Positions 1-10,096 of a DNA stretch of 50,137 bases are shown here, one piece after another. The DNA is from Deltaproteobacteria bacterium. Lineage in GTDB: Bacteria > Myxococcota_A > UBA9042 > DTJE01 > S145-11. The first letter of the stretch is position 1, and each line of letters opens with the position of its first letter. The notes under the pieces were generated by a model. The model was not told the DNA's origin. It did no database searches and worked only from the letters and a program-made list of their open reading frames with translations. The DNA is taken from the NCBI GenBank assembly GCA_015493765.1, contig WGCQ01000272.1:1-50137 (forward strand), given 5' to 3'. The position numbers and the translations under genes were made by a program.

Positions 1-119
1 GATTGACAAGGGTTGCACAGCAACCGCGCAGCGGCCTGCCCTTGCAATCGCGGCAAGAGGGACTATTTTCTTGATTTTTTAGGCACACCCCAGGAGGTCT
101 GAAACACCCGATTCCACCT

Positions 120-515
120 CCGCCCACACGGTCACGGCTGAAAGACCAGGCGAGCCGCCTGGGTTACAAGCAGGCGAGGCCGCCTGCGCTCCACGGTCTC
201 GGTCTCGGTCACGGCCAACGGTCACGGCCACGGAAAAGGCTGGAGAAGACGAGGGTATTGATTTGATGGCAAATTCAGGGCGTGATTAGAACCCACCCCT
301 ACGAATATTGTGTAAATTCAGTGTGTTACATTACAGGACAAATTTTGTGGTGAGTAATATAACGACTTTACCCACCCTCGAGGCTGCCGGCGATCCCAGG
401 GAGGTCTCTTTCAACGCCCTCGTAATAGCGCTACGTTGTGCATACATGGGTGCAAACACAACGTAGGTTAGCCGCTTGCGGCGTACGACTGCCGAATTTA
501 GTCAGGTAATTTGGG
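120..515. repeat. Composite intergenic repeat cluster (REP-like hairpin, GGTCAC-type hexamer run, MITE A 251-379, partial MITE B, MITE C end 422-515)
   Basis: Each module recurs elsewhere in the window, e.g. 251-379 vs 5875-6005 and 44954-45082; 422-515 vs the reverse complement of 5779-5874. Confidence 0.8.
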
Positions 516-583
516 AATCTATTGAAATGGCTTGAAATGGCGCTTTGTGGGTGGTAAACTATACGTCGGCTGGTGTAGGTGAC

Positions 584-2197
584 ATGGAAATAATCTGTCC
601 ATCCTGTGGCACAAAATATAGAATCAAGGACGAAAAGATACGGGGTAAGACCGTAAAGATTACGTGTCGAAAGTGTTCCGCAACAGTTTACGTTCGGGAC
701 CCGGCGCTGGGTGAGCCTTTCGTATTCCTCGGCAGACCTACAAAATCCGTGCCCGTAAAGAAACCACCCGTTAAAAAGCCCAAACCCAAACCAGCACCCC
801 AAAAGGAACGCTGGTACGTATTGCAAAAAGGTAAACGCAGTGGCCCGTTTACCAGGGATGACCTGCTGAAAAAATTGAAGAACGGCGAGATCACCCCTCG
901 CACCTTCATGTGGAAACCCGGTCTGCCGAAGTGGAGACGGGCTGAAAGGATCGATGACCTGAAGGACCTGTTGAGGGAATTCCAGCAGTGGGTCGATTCC
1001 CAGGAAGAGGAAAAGACGTTAATAACACGGATTCCTTTGCCATCGCAGGAGGACTCAGGGATTATACCGCCGCCACCGCCCGGTCAGGCAGCCCAAGACC
1101 AGTCCAATATATCCGGAATATCGGAGGTACCTGAAAATACGGGCATGGCGGATGATTCGATCAGCAGTATCTCATCGGTAAAGGATATTTTCGGCACCGC
1201 CAGGATACCGTCCGTTTCAGAGGATGCGATCCATTCAGCCACGGCCAAGGTCCGTTCCCAGGTCGAGGAACTTGAGGAGTCCGACCTCCATGAAATAGTG
1301 GAATCCCAGGAGGAAAAGAAGTTTTTCACCAAGGTGTTCGAGCCGCCTGTGCTTGACCAGGTGGAGACCCGGCAGCCAATACACCAGGAAATGGACCCGT
1401 TGGAAAAAATCGCCGCGGAGCCCGTTACCCCGCGAAAGGATACGCTCAGGGAATTTTCCGTACTCACACAGATAGAGCAAAAGTCAAAGAAGCGTAACCT
1501 GATATACCTGACAGCAGGCCTGGTGGTTATTGCGCTGGTTGTCGGTATAACGGTATTCTTTGCCGCCAGGGCACCAAAGAAGGAAACCATAAAATTACCG
1601 GATACGGGCGATGACAGCGGTTTCAAGTATAATACGTACGCAGTGGCCGAAAAACCGAAGCAACCTGAGCGCGTTGTACCGGTCATCAGCCGGGGGCATG
1701 CGGCTGTACGAAAAATGCCAAAGGCCACGGTTGCCAGGCACCGTCACGTCAGGACTTCAAGGACACATGTGTCGCACTGGCGTAAACGAAAGCATACGCC
1801 GTCACAAAAGGACCTGGCCCTGGCAAAGGAATACGGTTCCTTGTTTTTGAGTTCGGGCCACACCGAGGCGCCGGTGAAGGTGGAAAAGAAAACGGTTGTG
1901 TCCATGCCCAAGATCAGTTTGACCCGAAAGGGCATGGAGCGATTTCTCCAGGGCCGAACCAAGCAGTTGGTGATCTGTTCCAAGCGCAAGAGTTACCTGA
2001 TGGGCCAGACCGTCAAGGTGGTGTTGAATTTTACCGTTGCCAGTTCGGGCAAGGTTACGCACGTGAAACTAAGGCAGCCGGAAGGTTTGTCCGATCCTGC
2101 ATTGTTTAATTGCATCAGACAAAAGGTAAAGGGATGGTTGTTTCCGCCGGACCCGACCCGGAAGCCACTGTCCTTCCAGACAACTTTATTGTTGTGA
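584..2197 (+). CDS. AgmX/GltJ-like protein: MJ0042 zinc ribbon, GYF_2 (DUF4339), TM helix, TonB-C-like C-terminal domain
   Basis: MEIICPSCGTKYRI...ITCRKC zinc ribbon; WYV...GPF...WKPGLPKW GYF motif; hydrophobic segment near aa 320-340; C-terminal FTVASSGKV...CI...WLFP. Start moved from TTG 545 to ATG 584. Confidence 0.8.
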   Translation: MEIICPSCGTKYRIKDEKIRGKTVKITCRKCSATVYVRDPALGEPFVFLGRPTKSVPVKKPPVKKPKPKPAPQKERWYVLQKGKRSGPFTRDDLLKKLKNGEITPRTFMWKPGLPKWRRAERIDDLKDLLREFQQWVDSQEEEKTLITRIPLPSQEDSGIIPPPPPGQAAQDQSNISGISEVPENTGMADDSISSISSVKDIFGTARIPSVSEDAIHSATAKVRSQVEELEESDLHEIVESQEEKKFFTKVFEPPVLDQVETRQPIHQEMDPLEKIAAEPVTPRKDTLREFSVLTQIEQKSKKRNLIYLTAGLVVIALVVGITVFFAARAPKKETIKLPDTGDDSGFKYNTYAVAEKPKQPERVVPVISRGHAAVRKMPKATVARHRHVRTSRTHVSHWRKRKHTPSQKDLALAKEYGSLFLSSGHTEAPVKVEKKTVVSMPKISLTRKGMERFLQGRTKQLVICSKRKSYLMGQTVKVVLNFTVASSGKVTHVKLRQPEGLSDPALFNCIRQKVKGWLFPPDPTRKPLSFQTTLLL

Positions 2198-2212
2198 TCT
2201 GTGAGGTGATGC

Positions 2213-2776
2213 ATGAGAAATATGATCAAATTATGGGTGTTATTGTCGTGTGTGGTGGTGTCCTCGGTAGCCCTGGCCTCGGCGGACGAGGAAATCAAGG
2301 TGACCTTCTGGGGGTTTTCAGCGGATGCCAGGATGGCCATGGCAAAGATCGTGGACCCGAATGGAGGGAATCGGGTTGCCGTCTTTACAATACCTGAAGG
2401 CAAAATGGTGACTTCCAGGCCTTTTGCCACGGAGGCACAGGCCAAACAAATCAAGAAAAAACTATCGAAAAAATATCATATTTCTGATGCCGGCAAGAAT
2501 TCCACGCAGGGACCGCGGGGCAAGATCACCTTTTTTGGCATACTAAAAGGCAAGTATTTCGTGATCATGGCCATGCGGGGCAACCGGACCGCCGTATTCG
2601 ACAAAATTTCCGCGGGTAAGGCGCCACAGGTCCAGTTGAAAGAGGTATGGTGGTCCGCAGACGGACGTAGCATGGTCGTAATCATCAATAAAAAGAAGTC
2701 CTCCGCCGATTACGGATTTGATATCGATACTTTGCGTTTTTACCGCTATTATCCCAGCGCATTGAAATTCAAATGA
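2213..2776 (+). CDS. Secreted hypothetical protein
   Basis: 187-aa ORF with a signal peptide-like N-terminus (…SVALA) and GAGGTG RBS; co-oriented with the upstream gene. Confidence 0.7.
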   Translation: MRNMIKLWVLLSCVVVSSVALASADEEIKVTFWGFSADARMAMAKIVDPNGGNRVAVFTIPEGKMVTSRPFATEAQAKQIKKKLSKKYHISDAGKNSTQGPRGKITFFGILKGKYFVIMAMRGNRTAVFDKISAGKAPQVQLKEVWWSADGRSMVVIINKKKSSADYGFDIDTLRFYRYYPSALKFK

Positions 2777-2959
2777 AGGACAGGAGGCGACACCATCATT
2801 ACAGCCGACCCTCTTTCCAGTCTTCTGGAAAATTGTGGTGGCGCTTGTTTTTTTATGTCCTTTTGCTTGTAATAATCCTGGCTGGCATGGGTATGCTTTC
2901 AAAGGGCACCACCGCTTGTTTCATGTCGATTACGGCCAAATAGTGACCATGGCGTTGTA

Positions 2960-3826
2960 ATGGAAACCATTTGGGGCGGCTTCAGTGCATTTTTGTTGAT
3001 CCTGTCCATTTATTGGGCCGTCAAAGGGGGCAGGCGAGCCCAGAAGATTACCCTGTCGGCAGCAATAATTATAGAGGTCATTGTCACGTTCACCATGTTT
3101 ATGGATTGGGGGTATTCATGGGTGGAGGAATCAGGGATCCATATTGCCATGGAGCACAATATTTGGGTTTTGGTGCCTCAATTAATGGCCTTGACGGTAC
3201 TGGTGGTATTGCTGGGTTCTAAATTACGCAGGGCCTGGCTGGCCTTTATGCTGTCCATACTCCAGGTCCCCGTGATCTTCTACAGCATTTACATGGTGCA
3301 GATGGACCTGGACTTGAGTATGTTCACTATTGCCGCTGTGATCTGCCTGGGCGGGGCCACCACGGCCGCCATATTGCTGCTGCCTACCGTGGTCAGGACC
3401 ATGCCGGACGAAGGGTCACACCTGTGGAAACTGGTGTTTGCCAACAGGCTGGGGGTGTTGCAGGGGATCAGGGCGGCGGCCCAGGAAATGGGACTTACGT
3501 ACGAGCCCCCGGCAACTATCCTGGAGTCTGGCTCTGCAAAAGGTGACAGGCCGAGCGGTTCATGGGTTATCCATAGTCATCCCTCCCTGTGGCCCCCGGG
3601 TTACGGCCTGACCATAGACATCGATACAACCGCAGCGGATATACAGCAAAAATCGGATACCGGTTCAGTCGCCGGTATCGGCAATAACAACCATCACACG
3701 CTGGATATAGGGGATAACGGCTTGCATTATTCGTGCATAATTCGTACCCCCGGTTCGGTTTCCAGGGACGATGTGGTGCACCTGGCCAGGGATTTGGAGC
3801 GATTAACTGCTCCAGGGATTACCTGA
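2960..3826 (+). CDS. Hypothetical membrane protein (about 5 N-terminal TM helices and a soluble C-terminus)
   Basis: 288-aa ORF with hydrophobic stretches in the first 145 aa. Confidence 0.65.
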   Translation: METIWGGFSAFLLILSIYWAVKGGRRAQKITLSAAIIIEVIVTFTMFMDWGYSWVEESGIHIAMEHNIWVLVPQLMALTVLVVLLGSKLRRAWLAFMLSILQVPVIFYSIYMVQMDLDLSMFTIAAVICLGGATTAAILLLPTVVRTMPDEGSHLWKLVFANRLGVLQGIRAAAQEMGLTYEPPATILESGSAKGDRPSGSWVIHSHPSLWPPGYGLTIDIDTTAADIQQKSDTGSVAGIGNNNHHTLDIGDNGLHYSCIIRTPGSVSRDDVVHLARDLERLTAPGIT

Positions 3827-4124
3827 GTTTGATGTATTCTGCGAGCCGTTTCTGGAACCGCTTGAAGGCATCCTTGTTCAGTTCATAGTAAACATGTTTG
3901 CCTTCCTTGCGCTTGTTTAAAAAGCCCGCACCCCAAAGCGTGTTTACCTGGTTGGATGAAGAGGGCTGAGATAGCCCCACTTCCCGGCTGATTTCGATCA
4001 CGGATTTTGCACTTTTGCTGACCGTCTTCAGGATATCAACCCTTACCAGGTTACTGAGTGCCCTGAGTTGCATCTCGAATATCCTCTCGTCATACGTCTT
4101 GTTTTGAATGTCTTTGTCATCCAT
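3819..4124 (-). CDS. ArsR/SmtB family transcriptional regulator
   Basis: ALSNLVRVDIL...SVIEISREVGLSQPSSSNQVNTLWGAGFLNKRKEGKHVYYEL; GGGGAGG RBS before ATG 4124. Confidence 0.85.
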   Translation of the reverse strand: MDDKDIQNKTYDERIFEMQLRALSNLVRVDILKTVSKSAKSVIEISREVGLSQPSSSNQVNTLWGAGFLNKRKEGKHVYYELNKDAFKRFQKRLAEYIKLR

Positions 4125-4269
4125 TATTTCCTCCCCAAGAAAAAATACCAGGATAAGTTTAAACCATTTAACCTCTACATGCAAGGACTTTTTTGTTATT
4201 TGTTAAGGTTTTGTAAAATCAACAACTATATCTAAATCAATATAATTACTGTTTATGTTGACTAAATTA

Positions 4270-5610
4270 TCAATTTTCTGTTTTTAAAAGCAATTTGATC
4301 GGCACCCCCTCAAAACCAAAATATTCCCTGAAACGCGACAGCAAGTAGCGTTTATACTGGTCCGGTATTGCATCCGGGTGCTTACAAAAGGCTGCAATTA
4401 CGGGCGGTTCAGACCTTACCTGGGTAATGTACATGACCCTTGGGCGCCTGCCACCCCTGGATGGAGGTGGATGCCGTTCCACAACCTCGTGCAGGAAGGT
4501 ATTCAAACTGGCGGTCGGTACACGCCTGCGAAGGTTTTCATGTACGGTTTGTATGGCCTGTAACAGTTTATGGAGGTTCATCCCTGTTTTGGCGGACAAT
4601 CGAACCATTGGCGCAAACGAGGCGAAAAAGAACCGCTCCTTGACCTTGACAGGCACGGCAAGGGCATCCGGCGTGCCCTTGATGAGGTCAGTTTTGTTGA
4701 CACACAGTACCAGTCCCCTGCCCCTGTCGATGGCAAGCCCGGCCAGCCTTTTGTCCTGGTCAGTGGCCGGGTCCTTTGCATCCATCATCAAAACCACGAC
4801 CTGGGCCTCCTCAATGGCGCGTATGGCCCGCATCACACTGAAAAACTCTACCGGGTCATGGACCTTCGACCTGCGGCGGATCCCTGCCGTATCAACAAAA
4901 CAGTACCGCTGCCCTTCGATTTCCACGTCCACGTCCACCGCATCCCTGGTGGTCCCGGGCTGTTGTGATACCACCATTCGCTGGTCCTGGACGAGCCGGT
5001 TGACCAGCGTGGACTTACCCACGTTGGGCCTGCCTATGATCGCCACCCTGATCGTATCATCCTGTTCAGATACCTCACCTGTGGCTGGCAACAAGGCACA
5101 TATCCTTTCCTTCAGGTCCCGAATACCCCGGTTGTGCTCTGCGGAAACCGCCATCACCTCGTCGGCCCCCACTTCGTACAGGGCACCCACCTCATTCAGG
5201 TGTTTGTCCGTGTCCACCTTGTTTGCGACAAAAAGCACGGGCTTGTTCGTATGCCTGACCATGCCTGCCACATCAAGGTCCAATGGGGTGATACCCGTAT
5301 GCGTATCCAGGACAAAGATTAGCAGGTTTGCCTCCTGTATGGCAGCCCTGACCTGGGTCTGAACATCGTCATTGGATTCCTCACCCGGCACAAGCCCGCC
5401 GGTATCCACCAACAAAAAGGAACACTCATCGCCCTTTACAACAGAATACAATCGGTCCCTCGTGACCCCTGGCCTGTTATCCACGATAGCCTTGCGTCTC
5501 CCTGCAAGGCGGTTGAATAAGGTGGACTTACCCACGTTGGGCCTGCCAATAATCGCAACCACGGGCAAGCGTCCACGGTTGGTTGTGACATGTGTTGCCT
5601 CAGTACTCAT
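4270..5610 (-). CDS. der: Ribosome biogenesis GTPase Der (EngA)
   Basis: Two GTPase domains (GRPNVGKS twice, DTGG/DTAG, NKVD/NKTD) and a KH-like C-terminus; ATG 5610 has an AGGAG RBS. Confidence 0.97.
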   Translation of the reverse strand: MSTEATHVTTNRGRLPVVAIIGRPNVGKSTLFNRLAGRRKAIVDNRPGVTRDRLYSVVKGDECSFLLVDTGGLVPGEESNDDVQTQVRAAIQEANLLIFVLDTHTGITPLDLDVAGMVRHTNKPVLFVANKVDTDKHLNEVGALYEVGADEVMAVSAEHNRGIRDLKERICALLPATGEVSEQDDTIRVAIIGRPNVGKSTLVNRLVQDQRMVVSQQPGTTRDAVDVDVEIEGQRYCFVDTAGIRRRSKVHDPVEFFSVMRAIRAIEEAQVVVLMMDAKDPATDQDKRLAGLAIDRGRGLVLCVNKTDLIKGTPDALAVPVKVKERFFFASFAPMVRLSAKTGMNLHKLLQAIQTVHENLRRRVPTASLNTFLHEVVERHPPPSRGGRRPRVMYITQVRSEPPVIAAFCKHPDAIPDQYKRYLLSRFREYFGFEGVPIKLLLKTEN

Positions 5611-5641
5611 GCTGTCTCCTGGATACATGGGCGGTCCCCGG

Positions 5642-5725
5642 TGCCGAGGGCGGGACTCGAACCCGCACGGAGGACACCTCCAGAGGATTTTAAGTCCCCT
5701 GCGTCTACCATTTCGCCACCCCGGC
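5642..5725 (-). tRNA. tRNA-Leu (TAA)
   Basis: GCCGGGGTGGCGAAATGGTAGACGC…CT-TAA-AA anticodon loop, long variable arm, GGTTCGAGTCC T-loop; CCA not encoded. Confidence 0.95.
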
Positions 5726-5736
5726 AATACAGGCCG

Positions 5737-5765
5737 ATTCTATTGTGAAAAACACGTTTCGTCAA
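5737..5765 (-). promoter_or_regulatory. Sigma-70 promoter for tRNA-Leu and der
   Basis: TTGACG-N17-TAGAAT about 11 nt upstream of the tRNA. Confidence 0.7.
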
Positions 5766-5778
5766 CCCAACGTCAAAT

Positions 5779-6022
5779 CCCCAAATTACCTGTCTAAATT
5801 CGGGAGCCGGGCCCTGCAAGCGGCCCATCTACTGCTTCGTTGTACCTGTTTGATGCTCAACGTACCGCTATTACGAGGGCGTTGATTTGATGGCAATTTC
5901 AGGGCGGGTCTTAGACCCACCCCTACGAATATTGCGCGAATTCAATGTGTTACGTTACAAGACAAATTGTGCGTTGGGTAACATAACGACTTTTTCAACA
6001 CCCTTATTACGCCTGCGCTCCA
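5779..6022 (+). mobile_element. Nested MITE C left part (5779-5874) and MITE A (5875-6005)
   Basis: CCCAAATTACCTGtCTAAATT end; MITE A has inverted termini GAGGGCGTTGA…TCAACACCCTT and an internal GTAG-type REP hairpin. Confidence 0.7.
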
Positions 6023-6041
6023 ATTGGTTTCCCATTGCCAT

Positions 6042-9000
6042 TCATTTAAAATTCTCGTACTCCTGCCTGGTCAATGCGAAATCCGGGTCAATAATCTTTA
6101 CTTCTGCGTAATCCAGCCCGTACAGTTTGTACACCATGATGTCGATCCTGCGTTCCTGGGCCGAGGTGTCCTGGCCCAGGGCCTTTTTCGCAATGATTTG
6201 GTCCACCAGGTCCTCGAAGGGCTTTTGTTGTGCTTCTGGGATTTTGGGGATCTTAACTTCTGAAAGAAAATCTTGCCCTTTTCCTCCGGTTACATTTGTA
6301 CTTGCCAGCATCATCCTGGCAAACAAAAAAGAATTCAGGACTGCCAGAATCAATTTTAGCCTTTCACCCGTTATCAGATAAAGTTTGTTATTTGTGTACA
6401 GGCCCTCCTTTACCAGAGTTGCATTCATTGCATCACTTATTTCCCTATAAATGATCTTCTCTTTCTCGAATTCTTCATAATACCCTATCTGGTCTTGAGT
6501 CTCAAACCATTGATTTCCTGTCTTTTTTCGGCTTTTTTTCAGGTCCGACATCTTCAGCTTAATCCCATATTTCCGGGCATGTTCCATCAAGGATTGCCGT
6601 TCCTGTTGGCTTATTGGCCGTGCCTCTTGCACCAGTTTCGGCCAAAAACCCTGCAAAAACGCCTTTATTGCCGGGTAATCGTCAATGTCCAAATGTAATG
6701 CCGGAAACGTGGCAATCAACCACTTATCCGCGAAATTCGCCCTGTAGCGTTCGATGTCGCGGCCACGCAAGATCGGTTTTATGATTTCAGCGCTCTTTGG
6801 GTCCTTTTTTATCAGTTCGTCCCTGGTTTTGCCGTCAATAATAAAGGCCGGGTTGAAACCGGTCTTGATCCCGTAATTGATCTTTACATCCCATTGTTCC
6901 AACGGCGTGCCCATGCGCTGGATCTTGTCCTTTATTTGCTGTTCCTGTTTCGAAATAATGATCCAGCTTTGTTCACCCAGGTCATCCAAAGTGATGAATT
7001 CGTTGTCATCCAGCGCGGCCAGGTCGGTTTTGGCGTCTTTTCCAGCGTGCAACGTGATTGCCCGTACCCCGCAGTTTTCCTTTTTTATGTTCACGTCCTG
7101 CAATTTTTTGCCGGTCTTGCGGATCAACAGGATGTTCGTGTCCACGGTGGCCGTGTTGAACACGCCAGGCCCCAAATCGAGCAATTTCATGGGGTCATGC
7201 ACGCATAAAAAATGCCGCAATTTTTTGCCGTAAGCGGCACGCATCCACTTGTTCGACGTGATGTAACACAGCACGCCCGAGTGCTCCAGCAATTCAATGC
7301 CCCGTTCGTAAAACAGGGCATAGATGTCACCCGTGCGGTCAAAGGTGTAGTAATTTTCGTTTTTATAGAAATCAGCGAATTTTTCCCCGCTGCCCGATGC
7401 CTTTTGCAACTGGATATACGGCGGATTGCCTATTACGATGTCGAACGCATCCCTGCCAAACATCATTTTCGGGTCAAACCACGGACTGGGCCTGTTGCCA
7501 AAGGGGGCCCAGTTGCCCACTTTCGTGATCCACCCTGCCGAATGCGTGGCCTTTGCCTCTTTTTCAGCGATCAGGTCGCGCAACTCCAGGATCCTTTTTT
7601 TCAACCCTGACTTGTCATCACCGGTTGCATACATGTATTCGTCGCGATAGCGCTGTAATTCGCGGATATCCGCATCAGTTCCGGTGAAATCCAGGTCCGG
7701 GTTCCAATCCTTGCCCAGGTGGATCAACGTGTTGGCAGTCACGAATTTGAATTCCAGGTTCGGCAAGGCATAGATCCCGCGGTTTTTTGCGTGATCGTCT
7801 ATGCGCTCGTCCACCACCAGGCTCAAAAAACACCTCAGCCGGGCGATTTCCGTGGCAATGGGCTGGATGTCTACGCCGTAAATCGAATGCTGGATCACGC
7901 CCAGCTTGCGTATGTAATCCACCTCGGAATCATCCAGTTTTTTCCTTAAACTTTCGCGATAGGCCGGGTTTTCGATCTTTGCCAGTTGTCGGTCCTTCCA
8001 CCACTGGGCATCCGGGTCCAGTTTTTGCAGCGCCGTGGTGATCTTGTGCAGCGCGCCCATTGGAAAGGCCCCGCTGCCGCAGGCCGGGTCCAGCAGTTTC
8101 AGGGTGTCAAACGCAATCAACAGGGCGTTTTTTTGCTCCCCGGTGAATTCCACGTCATCATCCGTGAACAGGGCGTGCAATTTTTGTTCGTCGAGCCCTG
8201 TTTTGGCCTGCAAATGGGCCATCAGGGCCTGCTGCACCATGTAATCCACCACCGGGCGGGGCGTGTAAAAACTGCCCGTGGCCTTGCGCGCGGTCTGTTG
8301 CGTGGCCGGGTCGATTTCAGCCAGCAGGTTTTCGAATATGGTGCCCAGCATTTCCGGGTCAATGCTGATCTCCTGGTCGTTCAAGGAGTTTTCGTCAATG
8401 GTGAAATTGAACTGCTCCAGGGTTTGGAAAAAATCGACGAACCACTGGTCCGGGACCTTTAACGTGTTGTGGGAAAGGGAAAATCCACCGGGTCCGGGTT
8501 TATAAAAATCGTCCGGGTCCGGTTCGAACAGCCCGCCGTTTAAAAACGGCACGTACCGGTGTCCGTCGGGCAGGGTCGCATCGTCACGTTTGTCAACCGG
8601 CGTGTTCAGCATTTCAAAAAACAGTTTTTCCAGCAGCCCGTGATAGTAATCCCTTGTTTTTTCAACGTATTCGGATGACAGCCAGGCGTTTGGGATCAGG
8701 GGCTTGCCACTGTCGGATGACTTGTTTTTCAAAAACCACACGAACAGGGTACGCCCGATCAGTCGCACTGCGAACTGCCGGTATTTTTCCGGGTCCGTGT
8801 CAATATCCGTGGAAGGCAGTTTCAATGCGGGCTGGTAACGTTTTTTGTTCGTGGTGCTGCCCACCAGCCGGTAAAACGCATCCGCCACCCTGGTATAAAA
8901 CTCCCTGGTCACCGGTTCCACGCTGAATGCCTTTTGCAGGTTGTCCAGGTCGGTGAAATCCGCGCTGCCCACCTGTTTTTTGAACGTGGCGTTGGTCAAA

Positions 9001-9434
9001 TTGGGGCTGACAAAATACGTGTAGCGTTTGAACGTGGTGAAATCGCGGTTGCGGCCCTTGTACTGGGCGCGCACCAGGCTGAAACGAAAGGCGCCCGCAT
9101 CATCGTAAAACACGAAGATCGCGGCATCCCGGTTTTCGTATTTCAGTATGTCCTTGGCCACCTGGTACTGCAATTTTTTGCCTGTCCTGGATGTCAGGGA
9201 TTCCCGGCTCCTGGCCGCGATCACCACCAGCTCGTCGGCATTTTCCATTTGGGCAAAGCCCACCACCCGGATCCGTTCATATTTTTGCCGTATCTGTTCG
9301 TGAATGCGGGTATCACCCTGAAACAAAAAACCGTAATCCCGGTCATTCGGCCTGAAATCCGGGTTCACATCGCGGAAAAAACCTTGCAGGTTTTCAATGG
9401 AAAAATTTGCTATCAACCGCTCCAGGCGAGTCAT
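6042..9434 (-). CDS. Type IIG/Eco57I-like restriction-modification fusion protein (N6-adenine MTase, TaqI-like C-terminal specificity domain)
   Basis: GSFYTP, LDPACGSGAF (motif I), IVIGNPPY (motif IV), YITSNKW, GIKTGFN, ILRGRDI, EKIIY; ATG 9434 follows a GGAGG RBS. Confidence 0.9.
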   Translation of the reverse strand: MTRLERLIANFSIENLQGFFRDVNPDFRPNDRDYGFLFQGDTRIHEQIRQKYERIRVVGFAQMENADELVVIAARSRESLTSRTGKKLQYQVAKDILKYENRDAAIFVFYDDAGAFRFSLVRAQYKGRNRDFTTFKRYTYFVSPNLTNATFKKQVGSADFTDLDNLQKAFSVEPVTREFYTRVADAFYRLVGSTTNKKRYQPALKLPSTDIDTDPEKYRQFAVRLIGRTLFVWFLKNKSSDSGKPLIPNAWLSSEYVEKTRDYYHGLLEKLFFEMLNTPVDKRDDATLPDGHRYVPFLNGGLFEPDPDDFYKPGPGGFSLSHNTLKVPDQWFVDFFQTLEQFNFTIDENSLNDQEISIDPEMLGTIFENLLAEIDPATQQTARKATGSFYTPRPVVDYMVQQALMAHLQAKTGLDEQKLHALFTDDDVEFTGEQKNALLIAFDTLKLLDPACGSGAFPMGALHKITTALQKLDPDAQWWKDRQLAKIENPAYRESLRKKLDDSEVDYIRKLGVIQHSIYGVDIQPIATEIARLRCFLSLVVDERIDDHAKNRGIYALPNLEFKFVTANTLIHLGKDWNPDLDFTGTDADIRELQRYRDEYMYATGDDKSGLKKRILELRDLIAEKEAKATHSAGWITKVGNWAPFGNRPSPWFDPKMMFGRDAFDIVIGNPPYIQLQKASGSGEKFADFYKNENYYTFDRTGDIYALFYERGIELLEHSGVLCYITSNKWMRAAYGKKLRHFLCVHDPMKLLDLGPGVFNTATVDTNILLIRKTGKKLQDVNIKKENCGVRAITLHAGKDAKTDLAALDDNEFITLDDLGEQSWIIISKQEQQIKDKIQRMGTPLEQWDVKINYGIKTGFNPAFIIDGKTRDELIKKDPKSAEIIKPILRGRDIERYRANFADKWLIATFPALHLDIDDYPAIKAFLQGFWPKLVQEARPISQQERQSLMEHARKYGIKLKMSDLKKSRKKTGNQWFETQDQIGYYEEFEKEKIIYREISDAMNATLVKEGLYTNNKLYLITGERLKLILAVLNSFLFARMMLASTNVTGGKGQDFLSEVKIPKIPEAQQKPFEDLVDQIIAKKALGQDTSAQERRIDIMVYKLYGLDYAEVKIIDPDFALTRQEYENFK

Positions 9435-9494
9435 AAAACCTCCCTTACGCGCCAGTATAGGCCGCACAAAGCGGCCCTGTCAAACGTTTTTTTG

Positions 9495-10010
9495 CCGTGG
9501 CCGTGGCCGTTGTCCGAGGCCGTGACCGTTGGCCGAGACCGTGGCCGAGTGGAGCGCAGGCGTCCCGCCGGCCTTTTCCGTGACCGAGACCGTGGCCGAG
9601 GGCTCTCGGTTACAACGGAAGTCTTCCCGAAAGGCCCGAAGGGCCGTCCCGAAGCAGCCGAAGGCTGCGGCCCGATACCCGATGCCAGACACCCGAGTCC
9701 GAGGCCGTTGGCCGTTGACCGAGACCGAGGCCGAGTGGAGCGCAGGCGTCCTCGCCTGCTTGGTTCGCCGGCGTCCCGCCGGCCTTTTCCGTGGCCGAGA
9801 CCGAGGCCGAGGGTTCTCGGTTACAACGGAAGTCTTCCCGCAAGGACCGAAGGGCCGTCCCGAAGCAGCCGAAGGCTGCGGCCCGATACCCGATGCCAGA
9901 CACCCGAGTCCGTGGCCGTGACCGTTGGCCGAGACCGTGGCCGAGTGGGGCCGGCATCCTGCCGGCTATTTCCGTGGACGTGGCCAATGGGATGACGGAC
10001 GGTCACGGAA
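9495..10010. repeat. Tandem duplication of an ~210-bp composite repeat with hexamer runs and REP-like hairpins
   Basis: 9610-9700 and 9820-9910 are nearly identical; related copies at 37590-37700 (reverse) and 44810-44890. Confidence 0.85.
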
Positions 10011-10060
10011 AGGCCATTCATGTAATTTGTATAAATACTACGGCCCGACTTGTGTCCATG

Positions 10061-10069
10061 TGTTATAAT
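10061..10069 (+). promoter_or_regulatory. Extended -10 promoter element for recCBD
   Basis: TGTTATAAT 27 nt upstream of the recC ATG. Confidence 0.55.
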
Positions 10070-10096
10070 GCGGATAAGCCCAGAAGGGAGCAGGGG

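Noticed and set aside
5611-5727. N-terminal extension of the Der ORF
   Set aside because: It is read-through of the tRNA-Leu gene; a good RBS precedes ATG 5610.
9495-10010. Possible CRISPR array
   Set aside because: No constant repeat with unique spacers of regular length, and no cas genes.
9480-10096. Several ORFs and a 102-aa RecC extension across the repeat tract
   Set aside because: Products of stop-poor GC-rich repeats; RecC similarity begins at 10097.
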